From: Vulcanimicrobiota bacterium
Lineage (GTDB): Bacteria; Vulcanimicrobiota; Xenobia; Xenobiales; JADMJV01
DNA: 64,000 bases
Direction: 5' to 3'
Assembly: GCA_050250895.1 (NCBI GenBank)
Contig: JBFWNU010000001.1
Coordinates: 2,980,891 to 3,044,890 of the forward strand
The position numbers were made by a program, and so were the translations under genes. This document shows positions 9,465 to 21,357 of this stretch, in pieces. Every line of letters begins with the position of its first letter. The stretch's first letter is position 1. The notes below the pieces were generated by a model. The model was not told where the DNA came from and made no database searches. It saw only the letters and a program-made list of their open reading frames with translations.

Positions 9465-10348
9465 CCCAGGCCTTTCGGGGCCGAAGCGCCCCATCCCCCG
9501 GACCGGGGAATCGGCACCCGAGCCAGCTTATCAGGGTTGCGGGTGGCGTAGATGGCGACCACCCGGTCGCCCTCGATGTCAAAAGCAAGGGTGGTGACCA
9601 CCTGGCCGGCCTCGCTGGCCACCAGACCCGGCAGTCCCCCCACGCGCGTCAACCACACCCGGGTCTGGCTCGAGGGCGCAAACTTCTGGGCCACGCCCAC
9701 GAAGAAGCGGGCCACCTTGTCGGCCCCGATGACGGGTCGCAGGGCGGCCACCGCCTTGCCGCCGCCGTCGCTGAGCAGCACCACATCCTCGCGCAGGTGA
9801 CGCATCACACCCTCGAGGTCTCCGGCCATCATGGCCTCGACCAGCTCGCTGACCAGGTTCTGAGCCGCCGCTGGCTCGGGGTGAAAGCGAGCCCGCTGCT
9901 GGCGCAGATGGGTGCGCGAGCGCGAGACCAGTTGGCGGCAGGCCGTGTTGCTTCGGCCCAGCAGCCCGCCGAGTTCGTCATAGCCAAAGTCGTAGACCTC
10001 GTGCAAAAGCCAGGCCGCCCGCTCCAGCGGCGACAGGCGCTCGAGGGCTACCAGCAGGGCCAGCGTGAGGTCTTCGGCCAGTTCCAGCGGGTCGTCCGCC
10101 TCCACGATCGGCTCCGGCAGCCAGGGCCCGGGATAGACCTCGCGCTGGTGCCGGGCCGACTTGAGGTGGTCCAGGCACAGCCGCGTGACCACCCGATAGA
10201 GCCAGGCGCGGGGGAGTTCCACCGACTGGCCCTCGAAGCGCAACCAGGCCTCCTGGACCAGGTCTTCGGCCTCGGCCAACGAGCCGGTCATGCGATAGGC
10301 CAACCGAGTGAGTTCGGCGCGGTGGGCCTCGAAAACGGTGGCGCTCAC
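9461..10348 (-). CDS. sigJ: ECF41 RNA polymerase sigma factor (SigJ-like, SnoaL-like C-terminal extension)
   Basis: AEDLVQEAW, YPGPWLPEP, DGGGK and NPDKL are ECF41 signature motifs. Confidence 0.92.
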   Translation of the reverse strand: MSATVFEAHRAELTRLAYRMTGSLAEAEDLVQEAWLRFEGQSVELPRAWLYRVVTRLCLDHLKSARHQREVYPGPWLPEPIVEADDPLELAEDLTLALLVALERLSPLERAAWLLHEVYDFGYDELGGLLGRSNTACRQLVSRSRTHLRQQRARFHPEPAAAQNLVSELVEAMMAGDLEGVMRHLREDVVLLSDGGGKAVAALRPVIGADKVARFFVGVAQKFAPSSQTRVWLTRVGGLPGLVASEAGQVVTTLAFDIEGDRVVAIYATRNPDKLARVPIPRSGGWGASAPKGLG

Positions 10349-10896
10349 GAGACCAGGGCGGCCGGCCTGGCAACCGCCACCCCCTCCACCTCGACCCGCA
10401 TGCAGACGTGACCATGGCCCAGGGCGTACTTCAAAGTGGGATAGATGCGAGCGGTCGTGAGGGCGTAAGCCAGGGTGAGAGGGGCGCGCGGGCCAAAGCG
10501 AGTGATCACTTCTTGACGCAGCTGATCGGCCTCGGGGTCGCGGGCCAGGGCGTGGCGCACGAACTCAACTGCCAGCCGAACCTCGGCCGGCAGCGCCTCA
10601 TCGTCGCCGGCCACCACCGCCGCCAGGATCGTGCCGGGCACTCCTGCCTCTTCGGCCATGCGCACCGTCAACTGGGCACAGGGACCGCAGTCCTCGGCCA
10701 CAATGGCGGCCAGTCGAGCGGCGAAGAGCGCGTCGCGGGGAACATCCCGGTCGTAGGCTCCCATCGACTGCACCAGAGCCACGCGCAGCAGCGCTCCCGG
10801 CCCGCCCGTCTGCAAGATGTCGTGGAGATAGGCGGCGTCGTAGCCGTAGCGAGCCTCGAACTTTCGGATCATTTTTCGCGATAACCAGGTGAACAT
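10345..10896 (-). CDS. carboxymuconolactone decarboxylase/AhpD-like protein
   Basis: EDCGPC motif; AAAGGAGG RBS before ATG 10896; typical ECF41 neighbour. Confidence 0.75.
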   Translation of the reverse strand: MFTWLSRKMIRKFEARYGYDAAYLHDILQTGGPGALLRVALVQSMGAYDRDVPRDALFAARLAAIVAEDCGPCAQLTVRMAEEAGVPGTILAAVVAGDDEALPAEVRLAVEFVRHALARDPEADQLRQEVITRFGPRAPLTLAYALTTARIYPTLKYALGHGHVCMRVEVEGVAVARPAALVS

Positions 10897-10922
10897 GCTG
10901 TGATAGCCTCCTTTGCCTAAAG

Positions 10923-10949
10923 GACGAGACAGCCTGCTCGGTTGTGACA
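10923..10949 (-). promoter_or_regulatory. ECF41-dependent promoter
   Basis: Minus strand reads TGTCACA-N16-CGTC, the ECF41 consensus, directly upstream of the AhpD-like/sigJ operon. Confidence 0.85.
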
Positions 10950-11046
10950 TGCCGGCCGCCCACGGCGGGAAACATCAGGACTTCATTTGTCTGCCTGAAC
11001 TAGACATCTTGACATCAATCTTGGACAGGAGCTACCGTGGTGCCGT

Positions 11047-11624
11047 GAGACCCTCGACCCGGATGTTGCCCTGAGACTAAAGCAAGAGATGGAGCGAGAA
11101 ACAAGACCCTGAAGGCGACCGTGAACGATGCTCTTCGAAGAGGATTGAACCTCGCGTGCCACCAGGACGAGGACGAGCCTTTCCAGGTTGAGGCCCATGA
11201 CTTTGGCTTCAAGCGGGAATCGACCTGGACCGCCTCAACCAGTTGGTCGACCAGCTCGAAGCCGAAGAAGTCGCCTCGAGACATCCGTTTTGATCACCCC
11301 GACGTCAATCTGCTGATTCATGCCTACAACGCCGCTTCGCCTCGTCACCAGCGAGCGAAACAGTGGTGGGAGGAGCTGATGGACGACCCGAAGGCGATCG
11401 TCGGGCTCACCTGGGTCGCCATGATGGGCTTCATTCGCGTCGTTACCCATCCGAGACACGCGCAGATCTTCTTCGGGCTGCTGGAATCTCTTGGCAGCGC
11501 AGGCAACCTCACGACCGACGCGCATCTTGCCGCGGTCGCGATCGAATTTCAAGCCGAACTCCACACCACAGATGCTGATATGTCGCGCTTTTCAGGTTTG
11601 AGTTGGCGCAATCCCATAGGCTAA
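11047..11624 (+). pseudogene. decayed vapBC toxin-antitoxin pair
   Basis: Antitoxin remnants (TLDPDVA..VNDALRRGL..NQLVDQLE) with frameshifts. PIN toxin (PDVNLL...GNLTTDAHLAA..TTDADMSRF) has a damaged start and an apparent internal deletion at THPR/HAQ. Confidence 0.75.
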
Positions 11625-11687
11625 CATCCCAGCCGGCTCCCCGCCCCGAAACGACTCCGTGTCGTTGTCCACCCCGACGAGACCAAG

Positions 11688-11818
11688 CCGTCAACTGGCG
11701 GCTGGTCGAGCGGCGACGCGCGCGTCGCGAGAAACATCGCGGTCGTAGGTCCCCTCGGCTGTGCCAGCCCAGGCTCAGCAGCGCTCCCGGGCCGCCCGGC
11801 CTGTCAAATGTCGTGGAG
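11688..11818 (-). pseudogene. degenerate fragment of the AhpD-like gene
   Basis: Aligns by eye to 10665-10827 (ccgtcaactgg, gtcgagcggcga, cggtcgtagg, cagcagcgctcccgg, atgtcgtggag). Confidence 0.75.
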
Positions 11819-11825
11819 TTAAGCG

Positions 11826-11868
11826 TTGACCATGACTCGGTTAAGGTATATATTTTGGATAGATATTC
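11826..11868 (+). promoter_or_regulatory. sigma70-type promoter/operator of vapBC
   Basis: TTGACC-N17-TATATT followed by AT-rich GTATATA/GATAGATA boxes, upstream of vapB. Confidence 0.65.
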
Positions 11869-11887
11869 GTGGGCGAAGGATGGTGTT

Positions 11888-12121
11888 ATGCAGAAAGCCA
11901 AACTGTTTAAGAATGGACAAAGTCAGGCTGTCCGTCTACCGAAGGAATTTCGGTTCTCCGGTAGCGAGGTCCATATAAAGAGGGTCGGAAACGCGGTTGT
12001 TCTGATGCCGATGGAGGGTTTCTGGGAGCCGATGCTATCGGCTCTCGACATGTTCAGCGACGACTTCATGGAGTCCCGCTCACAACCCGGTGAGCAGGTT
12101 CGGGAGGAACTCTTCGATTGA
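11888..12121 (+). CDS. vapB: VapB antitoxin (AbrB/MazE/SpoVT fold)
   Basis: MQKAKLFKNGQSQAVRLPKEFRF signature. Confidence 0.93.
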   Translation: MQKAKLFKNGQSQAVRLPKEFRFSGSEVHIKRVGNAVVLMPMEGFWEPMLSALDMFSDDFMESRSQPGEQVREELFD

Positions 12122-12519
12122 CGCACCTCTTGGACACCGACATTTGCGTCTATCTGATTAAGCGAAGGCCTCCCGCGGTCATCGAGAGACTTCGCTCACA
12201 CCCGCCCGGAGAGATCGGTGTCTCGTCCGTGACCGTTGCCGAGTTGTCATACGGAGTTGAGAAAAGTCAGCATCGCGAGGGCAATAAGGCGGCCCTGCGA
12301 CAGTTTCTGTTGCCCCTGGTCGTGTTGGATTTTAACCACGAAGCCGCCCTGACCTATGGCGAGGTGAGGGCAACTCTGGAGCGTGCCGGCACGCCCATCG
12401 GGCCGTTCGACACGATGATTGGGGCCCACGCCTTACACCTGAACGCGACCCTGGTCACCAATAACCTCTGGGAGTTTTCTCGCATCATCGGTTTGAGAAC
12501 GGAAAACTGGTCGGCCTAA
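12118..12519 (+). CDS. vapC: VapC PIN-domain toxin
   Basis: LLDTDIC, ELSYG, IGPFDTMIGAHA and LVTNN..EF; overlaps vapB. Confidence 0.93.
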   Translation: MTHLLDTDICVYLIKRRPPAVIERLRSHPPGEIGVSSVTVAELSYGVEKSQHREGNKAALRQFLLPLVVLDFNHEAALTYGEVRATLERAGTPIGPFDTMIGAHALHLNATLVTNNLWEFSRIIGLRTENWSA

Positions 12520-12853
12520 CATTCTTTGCGGCCGCGGGCAGAACCTTGCACCCACTCGCCCGCGGCCCAGACCAGCCAGGGCAAATCGGCCGGCGACAAG
12601 CCAAGCGTGCCCGCGACAGCACCAAGCACAAAGTGAAGAACCCGCGAGTTACCGCGGGTTCCATGAGGTCCGTATGGTCATCTATGAGAGCGGGCAAGGT
12701 CCACGCCAATTTCCCCGGCCCGCCGGCCGCGAGTCTGATGTGCAGGAGTTGCTCGCGTCCGTTGTATGTGCCTATAGATTAACCTGCCGCAGTTGGCCAG
12801 AGGTTGGACAGGCCGGGCCGATCCGACAAAGTCGTTACATCAGCTTGAACTTC

Positions 12854-14383
<1,530 letters not shown>

Positions 14384-14485
14384 CTTGGCCCTGTTGGAGG
14401 CCCGACCGGTAGGGTCCTCCAACAGGAGAGGGGGCCCTCCGCCACAAACTCGCTTAGATACTGGAAAAAAGGGGCGGGAAAAGCC

Positions 14486-16516
14486 ATGCGTTGTAGGTCG
14501 TATCTCTTGGCGCTGCTGTTGCTTGTTTTGGCTGGATGCTCGGGCGGAGGCTCGAGCTCGGGCGGAGAGGCTTCGGCGGGACCGGGACCGGTCACGACCG
14601 GGCTGGCCTTGACGGTCCGATTGGCCCCCACGCCGCGGGTGCTGGCGCGCAACGGCTTGCCCGACCTGGTGCGGGTCGAGGTCTATGACTTACTCACCCG
14701 CACTCTGATCGCCCAGGGCCAGGCTGACGTTCCTGAAGGAGCCAGCCAGGTGAGCGTCTTCGTCGGCTCGGTGCCCCCCGGGCGCTTTCTGGTGGTGGCC
14801 AAGGGCGTTGACCTCAACGGCGTGCTGCTGCTGTCTTCGGGCGAACAAGAAGTCACGGTGGTGGCCGGGTCGACCACTTCCCTCACTCTGGTCCTGTCGA
14901 GCCTGAGCCCCAGCTTGCGCTTTGCCACCCAGCCGATGAGCGCGGTGGCCGGGGCGAATCTGGTTCCGGTCGTGGTCCAGGTACTCGATGCGGCCGGCAA
15001 TCTCGATACCACCGCGGCAGTGCCCGTTACGGTGGCTCTCAACGGCACTCCTGGAATGCTGGCCGGCACCCTCACCGTCACCAGCGTGGCTGGCGTGGCC
15101 GAGTTCAGCGACCTGAGCGTCAGCCAGGCGGGCAGCTACACGCTGACCGCCTCTGCCTCTGGCTACACTTCGGCCACCAGCCAGCTGTTTGCCATCTCGG
15201 TCACGGTCGGGCCTCCCGCCCAGCTGGCTTTCGTCACCCCACCCGGCAATGTCTCGGCCTTTGACACCATGTTACCGGTGGTAGTGGCGGTGCAAGACTC
15301 GAACGGGATTTTGGTGCCCACGGCCACCAATGCGGTCACCATCGCCCTGGCCTCCAACCCGGGTTCGTCGACCCTGGGAGGCACCCTCATGGTCAACGCG
15401 GTGGGCGGCCTGGCCACGTTTTCTGACTTGACCCTCGACATGGTCGGCTCGGGATACACCCTGATGGCATCCTCCCCGGGTCTCACCAGCATCACCAGCG
15501 GCAACTTCGACGTATCGCTGGCCCCCGGGGCCTTGACCCTGGTGGGCGTAGTGCCGGTGGGCAACCTCCCCAACTATCCCGATATGTCCAGCGACGGCAA
15601 GTTTCTCTACGTACCTCTGTTTAACGCCAATCAGGTCAAAGCTTATTCGGTGGATGCGGCCACGGGGGCCCTGACCGAGTTGACCAGCAGCCCTTACACC
15701 GGGTTCTCTAATCCGGCGGCGGCGGCCCTGACGCCCGACGGCAGTTCGCTGTTCATCTCTAACGCCTCGTCCGCGAGTGCCACCACTTTTAGCGTCAATA
15801 CCACCACCGGCGATCTCACCCTCACGGGCGCGGCGGGGACCGGCGGCAATCCGCTTCGCGGCGAGGTGACCCCCGACGGCAACTTCTTCTACGTCGCCAA
15901 CTTCGCTTCCCATACGCTGTCGGGTTATCACGTGTTGCCGGGCTCGATTCTATCCGAGTTGAGCACCTCGCCTGAGGCGGCCGCTGGCTTCGGCCCCGAC
16001 TCGCTGAGCATCCGGCCAGACGGCATGTTTTGCTACTCCTCCAACGGCAACGTCTACTCCATCAATACGGGCAACGGCGACCTGACCGAGATCGCCTCTT
16101 CGCCGTTTGCCAATGCGGTCGGCGAGCCCACCATGGACGCAACGGGAAACATCCTGTTCGCCTTTGACATCGGTCCCGGAACCTTAAAGACGTCGCTGCT
16201 CAATCCCATCACCGGAGTGCCTACCCTGGCGGCCTCCGTCACCACCACGGCCGGCGCCCTGGGCACGCCAGCGGTGGAAAGCTCGAACAAGTTCATCTAC
16301 GTCAGCGATTCGATCAACGCCAAGGTCTATGGCTTCCGGTTCGACAGCAGCGGCAACCTCACGCCGGTGCCGGGCTCGCCCTTTGACAGCGGGGGTGGTC
16401 CTGGCACCCAGCCGACCTACATCATCGCCCACCCCGGCGCCGACTTTCTCTACATCTTCAACCGGGGCACCAACGACATCAGCGTCTTCGCCATCAACAA
16501 TCCCCCGGGGGCCTGA
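14486..16516 (+). CDS. lipoprotein with Ig-like repeats and lactonase-type beta-propeller
   Basis: Lipobox LAGC; two Ig-like repeats (GVAEFSDLSV / GLATFSDLTL); xDGKFLYV-type propeller blades. Confidence 0.8.
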   Translation: MRCRSYLLALLLLVLAGCSGGGSSSGGEASAGPGPVTTGLALTVRLAPTPRVLARNGLPDLVRVEVYDLLTRTLIAQGQADVPEGASQVSVFVGSVPPGRFLVVAKGVDLNGVLLLSSGEQEVTVVAGSTTSLTLVLSSLSPSLRFATQPMSAVAGANLVPVVVQVLDAAGNLDTTAAVPVTVALNGTPGMLAGTLTVTSVAGVAEFSDLSVSQAGSYTLTASASGYTSATSQLFAISVTVGPPAQLAFVTPPGNVSAFDTMLPVVVAVQDSNGILVPTATNAVTIALASNPGSSTLGGTLMVNAVGGLATFSDLTLDMVGSGYTLMASSPGLTSITSGNFDVSLAPGALTLVGVVPVGNLPNYPDMSSDGKFLYVPLFNANQVKAYSVDAATGALTELTSSPYTGFSNPAAAALTPDGSSLFISNASSASATTFSVNTTTGDLTLTGAAGTGGNPLRGEVTPDGNFFYVANFASHTLSGYHVLPGSILSELSTSPEAAAGFGPDSLSIRPDGMFCYSSNGNVYSINTGNGDLTEIASSPFANAVGEPTMDATGNILFAFDIGPGTLKTSLLNPITGVPTLAASVTTTAGALGTPAVESSNKFIYVSDSINAKVYGFRFDSSGNLTPVPGSPFDSGGGPGTQPTYIIAHPGADFLYIFNRGTNDISVFAINNPPGA

Positions 16517-16561
16517 TCCACGTCATTTCCCCCCCAGCCAGAACGTGATTGACTAGGACCT

Positions 16562-17626
16562 GTGAAAAAGGCTTTCCCTAAAGACAGTCTGCAGCTCCTC
16601 ATCGACAAGTTGCGCCAGGACGGCTACGAAGTGGTCGGTCCGCGGGTGCGTGACGGGGCTATCGTCTATGATACCGTCACGTCGCTCGAGCAGTTGCCCC
16701 GAGGCGTCGTCGACGAGCAGCAGCCGGGCAGCTATCGGCTGCTCCAACAGGGAGACCGCTATTTCGCCCACACGGTGGGTCCCCACTCCTGGAAAAAATA
16801 CCTGCATCCGCCCGGCCTGTGCATGTTCAAAAGCCGCCCCGACGGCACCATTACCGAGGGCGATCCGGTGGTGCGCCGGGCCTTTCTGGGGGTGAGGGCC
16901 TGCGAGTTGGCGGCTATGGCCGTCCAAGACAAGGTTTTTCTGGGTCAAGGCTATCAAGACCCGTGGTATGACGAGCGCCGCCGGGCCAGCCTGGTCATCG
17001 GCGTCAACTGCAGCCGGGCCGGTAACACCTGTTTTTGCGTGTCGATGAAGACCGGGCCCACCGTCACCCAGGGGGATGACCTGACGCTGACCGAACTCGA
17101 CGAGGTTTTTCTGGCCGAAGCTCGCACGCCCGCTGGCCAGGCCCTGCTCGAGGCTCTTCCTACCCGGGCCGCAACCCCGGCCGAAGAGCAGGCGGCCAGG
17201 GCTCAGACCGAGGCTATCCAGATGGGGCGAAAGCTCGACACCGAGGGCCTGCCGGAGCGACTCAAGGCCAACCTCGATCACCCTCGCTGGGACGAGGTGG
17301 CCGACCGCTGCTTGACCTGCACCAACTGCACCATGGTCTGCCCCACCTGTTTCTGCTTCTCGGTCGATGAGGTGACCGACCTGACCGGCGACGAGAGCAG
17401 CCGGGTGCGCCATTGGGACTCGTGCTTTACCACCAATTTCACCTACACCGCTGGCAGCTGCGAGCGGGTCAGCAACAAGTCGCGCTATCGCCAATGGCTG
17501 ACCCACAAGCTGGCCACCTGGCACGACCAGTTCGGCGAGTCGGGTTGCGTGGGCTGCGGACGCTGCATCACCTGGTGTCCGGTGGGAATCGATATCACCG
17601 AGGAGGCCAACGCCATCCGTGATTGA
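16562..17626 (+). CDS. hydB: group 3b hydrogenase/sulfhydrogenase beta subunit (4Fe-4S dicluster)
   Basis: [16 protein letters not shown] and [17 protein letters not shown]. Confidence 0.9.
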   Translation: MKKAFPKDSLQLLIDKLRQDGYEVVGPRVRDGAIVYDTVTSLEQLPRGVVDEQQPGSYRLLQQGDRYFAHTVGPHSWKKYLHPPGLCMFKSRPDGTITEGDPVVRRAFLGVRACELAAMAVQDKVFLGQGYQDPWYDERRRASLVIGVNCSRAGNTCFCVSMKTGPTVTQGDDLTLTELDEVFLAEARTPAGQALLEALPTRAATPAEEQAARAQTEAIQMGRKLDTEGLPERLKANLDHPRWDEVADRCLTCTNCTMVCPTCFCFSVDEVTDLTGDESSRVRHWDSCFTTNFTYTAGSCERVSNKSRYRQWLTHKLATWHDQFGESGCVGCGRCITWCPVGIDITEEANAIRD

Positions 17627-18065
17627 TCATCCATTTACCAGGAGCTTTACCGAGGCCGAACACAAGCAGTTCGAAGCCATCTGCAAGCGGGTCGAGTTCT
17701 TGCCCGGAACCTACCTCTTGCGCGAAGACCAACCATGCGATCGCTTTTATCTACTCGAGCGCGGTCTGGTCTCGATCGAGTTGCAGCGACCTGGCCGTGA
17801 GGTGCTGCGGTTGCAAACCGAGACGGGCGGCAGCGAAGTCGGTTGGTCGTGGTTGTTTGCGCCCTACCGGGCCACCTTTGATGTGAGGACGGTCGAGCTT
17901 TGCGAGGCCTACGCGGTCGAGGCCGCCGCCATGCGCAAACTAATGGAGGACGAGCCCGCCTTCGGTTTCAAGGCCATGCAGGCGCTGCTGCACACCATGG
18001 TCGAGCGGCTGATGCAGGCGCGATTGCAGTTGCTCGACATCCACTCGGTGGGGGAGACACCATGA
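17619..18065 (+). CDS. cyclic nucleotide-binding domain protein
   Basis: [16 protein letters not shown]...GWSW cNMP fold with no HTH; coupled within the operon. Confidence 0.85.
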   Translation: MIDHPFTRSFTEAEHKQFEAICKRVEFLPGTYLLREDQPCDRFYLLERGLVSIELQRPGREVLRLQTETGGSEVGWSWLFAPYRATFDVRTVELCEAYAVEAAAMRKLMEDEPAFGFKAMQALLHTMVERLMQARLQLLDIHSVGETP

Positions 18066-18871
18066 TCCCACGCACGTTCGAAGTCACCAGTCGGGTCCAG
18101 GACAATCCCGTCACTTACACCCTCGGGGCCCGGGCCGTCGAAGGCCCGCCCCTGGAGTTTTGCCCGGGGCAGTTCAACATGCTCTATGTCCACGGCAAAG
18201 GCGAGATTCCCATCTCGATTTCGGGTCCGGCCTACCAACCCGAGCAGTTGCTTCACACGGTCCAGGTGGTGGGGGCGGTCAGCCGGGCCTTCACCGAGCT
18301 CGAGCCGGGCCAGCGGTTCGGCGTGCGCGGGCCTTTCGGACGCGGCTGGCCGGTCGAGGCGGCCCGGGGTCATGACGTGTGCCTGATGGCGGGCGGGTTG
18401 GGGCTGGCTCCGCTGCGTCCGGTCATCTATGCGATCGCGGCCCAGCGCGAGCATTACGGGCGGGTGGTGGTGCTCTATGGCGCTCGCCAGACGGATCTGC
18501 TGCTCTTCCAGGCAGAGTTCGGCCAGTGGCCCGACATCGAGGTGATGGTCACCGTCGACATGGCCTCGCCGGGCTGGCACGGCCATATCGGCGTGGTCAC
18601 GGGCCTGTGCCGAGCCGCGTCGCGGCGATTGGATCTCTCCAGGGCCTACGCCATGGTGTGCGGACCGCCGGTGATGATGCGCTTTTCGGTGCGCGAACTG
18701 CTGCGCTGGGGAGCCGCCCCCGAGCGGGTTTTTCTCTCGGTCGAACGCAATATGCAGTGCGGCCTGGGAGTGTGCGGGCACTGTCAGTACGGCCCCTATT
18801 TCCTGTGTAAGGACGGTCCGGTGTTTTCTTACCAGGAGCTGCAGCCCTGGATGGAGGTGCGCGAGCTATGA
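18062..18871 (+). CDS. hydG: group 3b hydrogenase gamma subunit (FAD/NAD(P)-binding, 2Fe-2S)
   Basis: [31 protein letters not shown] and [11 protein letters not shown]...CKDGPVF. Confidence 0.9.
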   Translation: MIPRTFEVTSRVQDNPVTYTLGARAVEGPPLEFCPGQFNMLYVHGKGEIPISISGPAYQPEQLLHTVQVVGAVSRAFTELEPGQRFGVRGPFGRGWPVEAARGHDVCLMAGGLGLAPLRPVIYAIAAQREHYGRVVVLYGARQTDLLLFQAEFGQWPDIEVMVTVDMASPGWHGHIGVVTGLCRAASRRLDLSRAYAMVCGPPVMMRFSVRELLRWGAAPERVFLSVERNMQCGLGVCGHCQYGPYFLCKDGPVFSYQELQPWMEVREL

Positions 18872-19644
18872 AGCCAAGACTCGCCGTGTGGAAGTTCTCG
18901 TCATGTGACGGATGCCAGCTGTCGGTGCTCGACTGCGAAGACGAGTTGCTGGCCCTGGCCGGCCAGGTCGAGATTGCCTATTTTCTCGAGGCCACCAGCG
19001 CCAGCGCCCCCGGTCCCTACGACGTGTCGTTGGTCGAGGGCAGCATCTCGACTCCTCACGAAGAGGAGCTGATTCGCCAGGTGCGTTCGCAATCGAGCTT
19101 TCTGGCCACCATCGGAGCCTGCGCTACGGCCGGTGGCATCCAGGCTCTGCGCAACTTCGCCGAGGTGGACGAATTCATCAAGACCGTCTACGCCCACCCG
19201 GAGTACATCGAGACTCTGAGCGAATGCCATCCCATCTCGGACTATGTCAAGGTCGATTTCGAGCTGCGCGGCTGCCCCATCAACAAGCAGCAGTTGTTGG
19301 AACTGCTCAACGCCCTGCTGCACGGACGGCGTCCCAACATCCCGCCCCACAGCCTGTGTCATGAATGCAAGCGACGGGGGTTAGTGTGCGTCTCGGTAGC
19401 CCACGGAACTCCCTGTCTGGGCCCCGTGACCCAGGCCGGTTGCGGAGCGCTCTGCCCGGGTTGTAACCGGGGCTGCTACGGCTGCTTCGGACCGATGGAG
19501 ACTCCCAACACCGAGGCGCTGGCGCAGCGCTTGCGCCTGCAGGGCGTGAGCGACGGCGAGATGGTGCGGCTGTTCCGTAGCTTCAACGCCAACGCTCCCG
19601 AATTCAAGGAGGCAAGTCTTCGCCATGAATACCCGCATCATTAA
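18868..19644 (+). CDS. hydD: group 3b hydrogenase delta (small) subunit
   Basis: SCDGC, GACA, GCP and [22 protein letters not shown]. Confidence 0.9.
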   Translation: MKPRLAVWKFSSCDGCQLSVLDCEDELLALAGQVEIAYFLEATSASAPGPYDVSLVEGSISTPHEEELIRQVRSQSSFLATIGACATAGGIQALRNFAEVDEFIKTVYAHPEYIETLSECHPISDYVKVDFELRGCPINKQQLLELLNALLHGRRPNIPPHSLCHECKRRGLVCVSVAHGTPCLGPVTQAGCGALCPGCNRGCYGCFGPMETPNTEALAQRLRLQGVSDGEMVRLFRSFNANAPEFKEASLRHEYPHH

Positions 19645-20911
19645 AGTCGACGCCCTGGCCCGGGTCGAAGGAGAGGGCGCCCTTCACGTCCGCCTGCGGG
19701 GCGACGAGATCGAGGAAGTCCGCTTTCGTATCTTCGAGCCGCCCAGGTTCTTCGAGGCCTTTCTGCGAGGTCGCGGCTATTTGGAAGTGCCCGATATCAC
19801 GGCCCGTATCTGCGGTATCTGCCCGGTGGCCTATCAGATGAGTTCGGTGCATGCCCTCGAGCAGGCTCTCGGTCTGGAAATGGGCGACGCCTATGTCGAC
19901 TTGCGCCGGCTGCTCTATTGTGGCGAGTGGATCGAAAGTCACGCCTTACACGTGCTGATGCTCCACGCTCCTGACTTTTTCAAGAAGGCCAGCGTGCTCG
20001 AACTGGCCGAGCTGTTTCCCGAAGTGGTAGCCCGGGGGTTGGCCCTCAAGAAGGCGGGCAATGCCCTGGTGGCCGCCGTGGGCGGGCGCGAGGTCCATCC
20101 CGTCAACGTGCGCGTGGGCGGCTTCTATCGCTCGCCCGACACCCTTCATACCCTCGTCCCACAGCTCGAGAAGGCCCGCGAGATCGCGGCCGAGCTGGTG
20201 GAGTGGGTGAGCGGGTTCGACTTTCCCGAGCTCGAGGTCGACTATGAATATGTCTCGCTCTTTCACCCCGACGAGTACCCCATGAATCGAGGCCGGATGG
20301 TCTCGAACAAGGGCCTCGACATCGCCGTGGAAGACTTCTTCGAGCACTTCCAGGAAGAGCACATCGAGCATTCCAACGCTCTCCACTGTCGCCGCCTGCC
20401 GGGGCTGACGAGCTATCAGGTGGGCCCCCTGGCTCGGGTCAATCTGGCTTTCGAGCAGCTCTCGCCCGCGGCCCGCGAACTGGCCCGTCAGCACGGTTTC
20501 GAGCCGCCCTGTCTCAATCCGTTCAAGAGCATCATCGCCCGGGCGGTCGAGACCTTTTATGCGGTCGATGAGGCCCTGCGCCTGATCACTTCTTACCAGC
20601 CACCCGCTCAGCCTTACCTCACCGCCCCCAACCGGGCCGGCGTGGGCCACGCCTGCACCGAGGCTCCCCGCGGGACCCTCTACCATCGCTACGAGGTCGA
20701 CGCCGAGGGACTGATCGTGAAGGCCGACATCGTGCCTCCCACTTCGCAGAACCAGGCCCAGATCGAAGACGACCTGCGACGACTCTTGCCCAGCTTGCTC
20801 GAACGCTCCGAAGACGAGATCCAGCATCGCTGCGAGCAGGCCATTCGCAACTATGACCCCTGCATCTCTTGTGCCACCCACTTTCTGAGGGTCGAACTCG
20901 AGCGGCTGTGA
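19625..20911 (+). CDS. hydA: group 3b [NiFe]-hydrogenase alpha (large) subunit
   Basis: RVEGEG; L1 motif [10 protein letters not shown]; L2 motif DPCISCATH followed by a cleavable C-terminal tail. Confidence 0.93.
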   Translation: MNTRIIKVDALARVEGEGALHVRLRGDEIEEVRFRIFEPPRFFEAFLRGRGYLEVPDITARICGICPVAYQMSSVHALEQALGLEMGDAYVDLRRLLYCGEWIESHALHVLMLHAPDFFKKASVLELAELFPEVVARGLALKKAGNALVAAVGGREVHPVNVRVGGFYRSPDTLHTLVPQLEKAREIAAELVEWVSGFDFPELEVDYEYVSLFHPDEYPMNRGRMVSNKGLDIAVEDFFEHFQEEHIEHSNALHCRRLPGLTSYQVGPLARVNLAFEQLSPAARELARQHGFEPPCLNPFKSIIARAVETFYAVDEALRLITSYQPPAQPYLTAPNRAGVGHACTEAPRGTLYHRYEVDAEGLIVKADIVPPTSQNQAQIEDDLRRLLPSLLERSEDEIQHRCEQAIRNYDPCISCATHFLRVELERL

Positions 20912-21357
20912 TCGTCGGCATGGGAAATCCCTATCGCCGGGATGATGGGGTGGGGCCGACCATGCTCGAGCGCCTCGCGGACCTTCCCACCTATTTCTGC
21001 CAGGGCGACCCCCTCGGTTTGATGACCGTCCTCGATGACCACGGCACGGTGATCATCATCGACGCTGTGCTCGGGCCAGAGCCTGGGCGAGTGCATCGAT
21101 GGGAGTGGGGCCAGACGCCGCCGGAACTGCTGGCCAGTCGCTTGTCCAGCCACAGTTTGCCGCTGCTTAGCACCCTGCGGCTGATGGAACGACAGAATCG
21201 TCTGCCCGAGCATACTGTCGTCTACGCTGTCGAGGCCGAGGACTTCTCGATGGGAGTGGGCCTCTCGCCCGCGGTCGAGGCCGTGCTGCCTGAACTAGAG
21301 CGTTGTATTCGCCAGGAATTGACACGGTTTCTTCCCAAGTCTAGGGAGCATGAGTGA
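20908..21357 (+). CDS. hydrogenase maturation protease
   Basis: GMGNPYRRDDGVG, IIDA and SSH; GTGA overlap with hydA. Confidence 0.88.
   Translation: MIVGMGNPYRRDDGVGPTMLERLADLPTYFCQGDPLGLMTVLDDHGTVIIIDAVLGPEPGRVHRWEWGQTPPELLASRLSSHSLPLLSTLRLMERQNRLPEHTVVYAVEAEDFSMGVGLSPAVEAVLPELERCIRQELTRFLPKSREHE

Noticed and set aside
12638-12661. Palindrome GAACCCGCG-N6-CGCGGGTTC as a REP family
   Set aside because: Only a loose second look-alike near 53045; insufficient support.
19625-20911. [NiFeSe] hydrogenase
   Set aside because: The L2 motif is DPCISC with Cys codons; no in-frame TGA.
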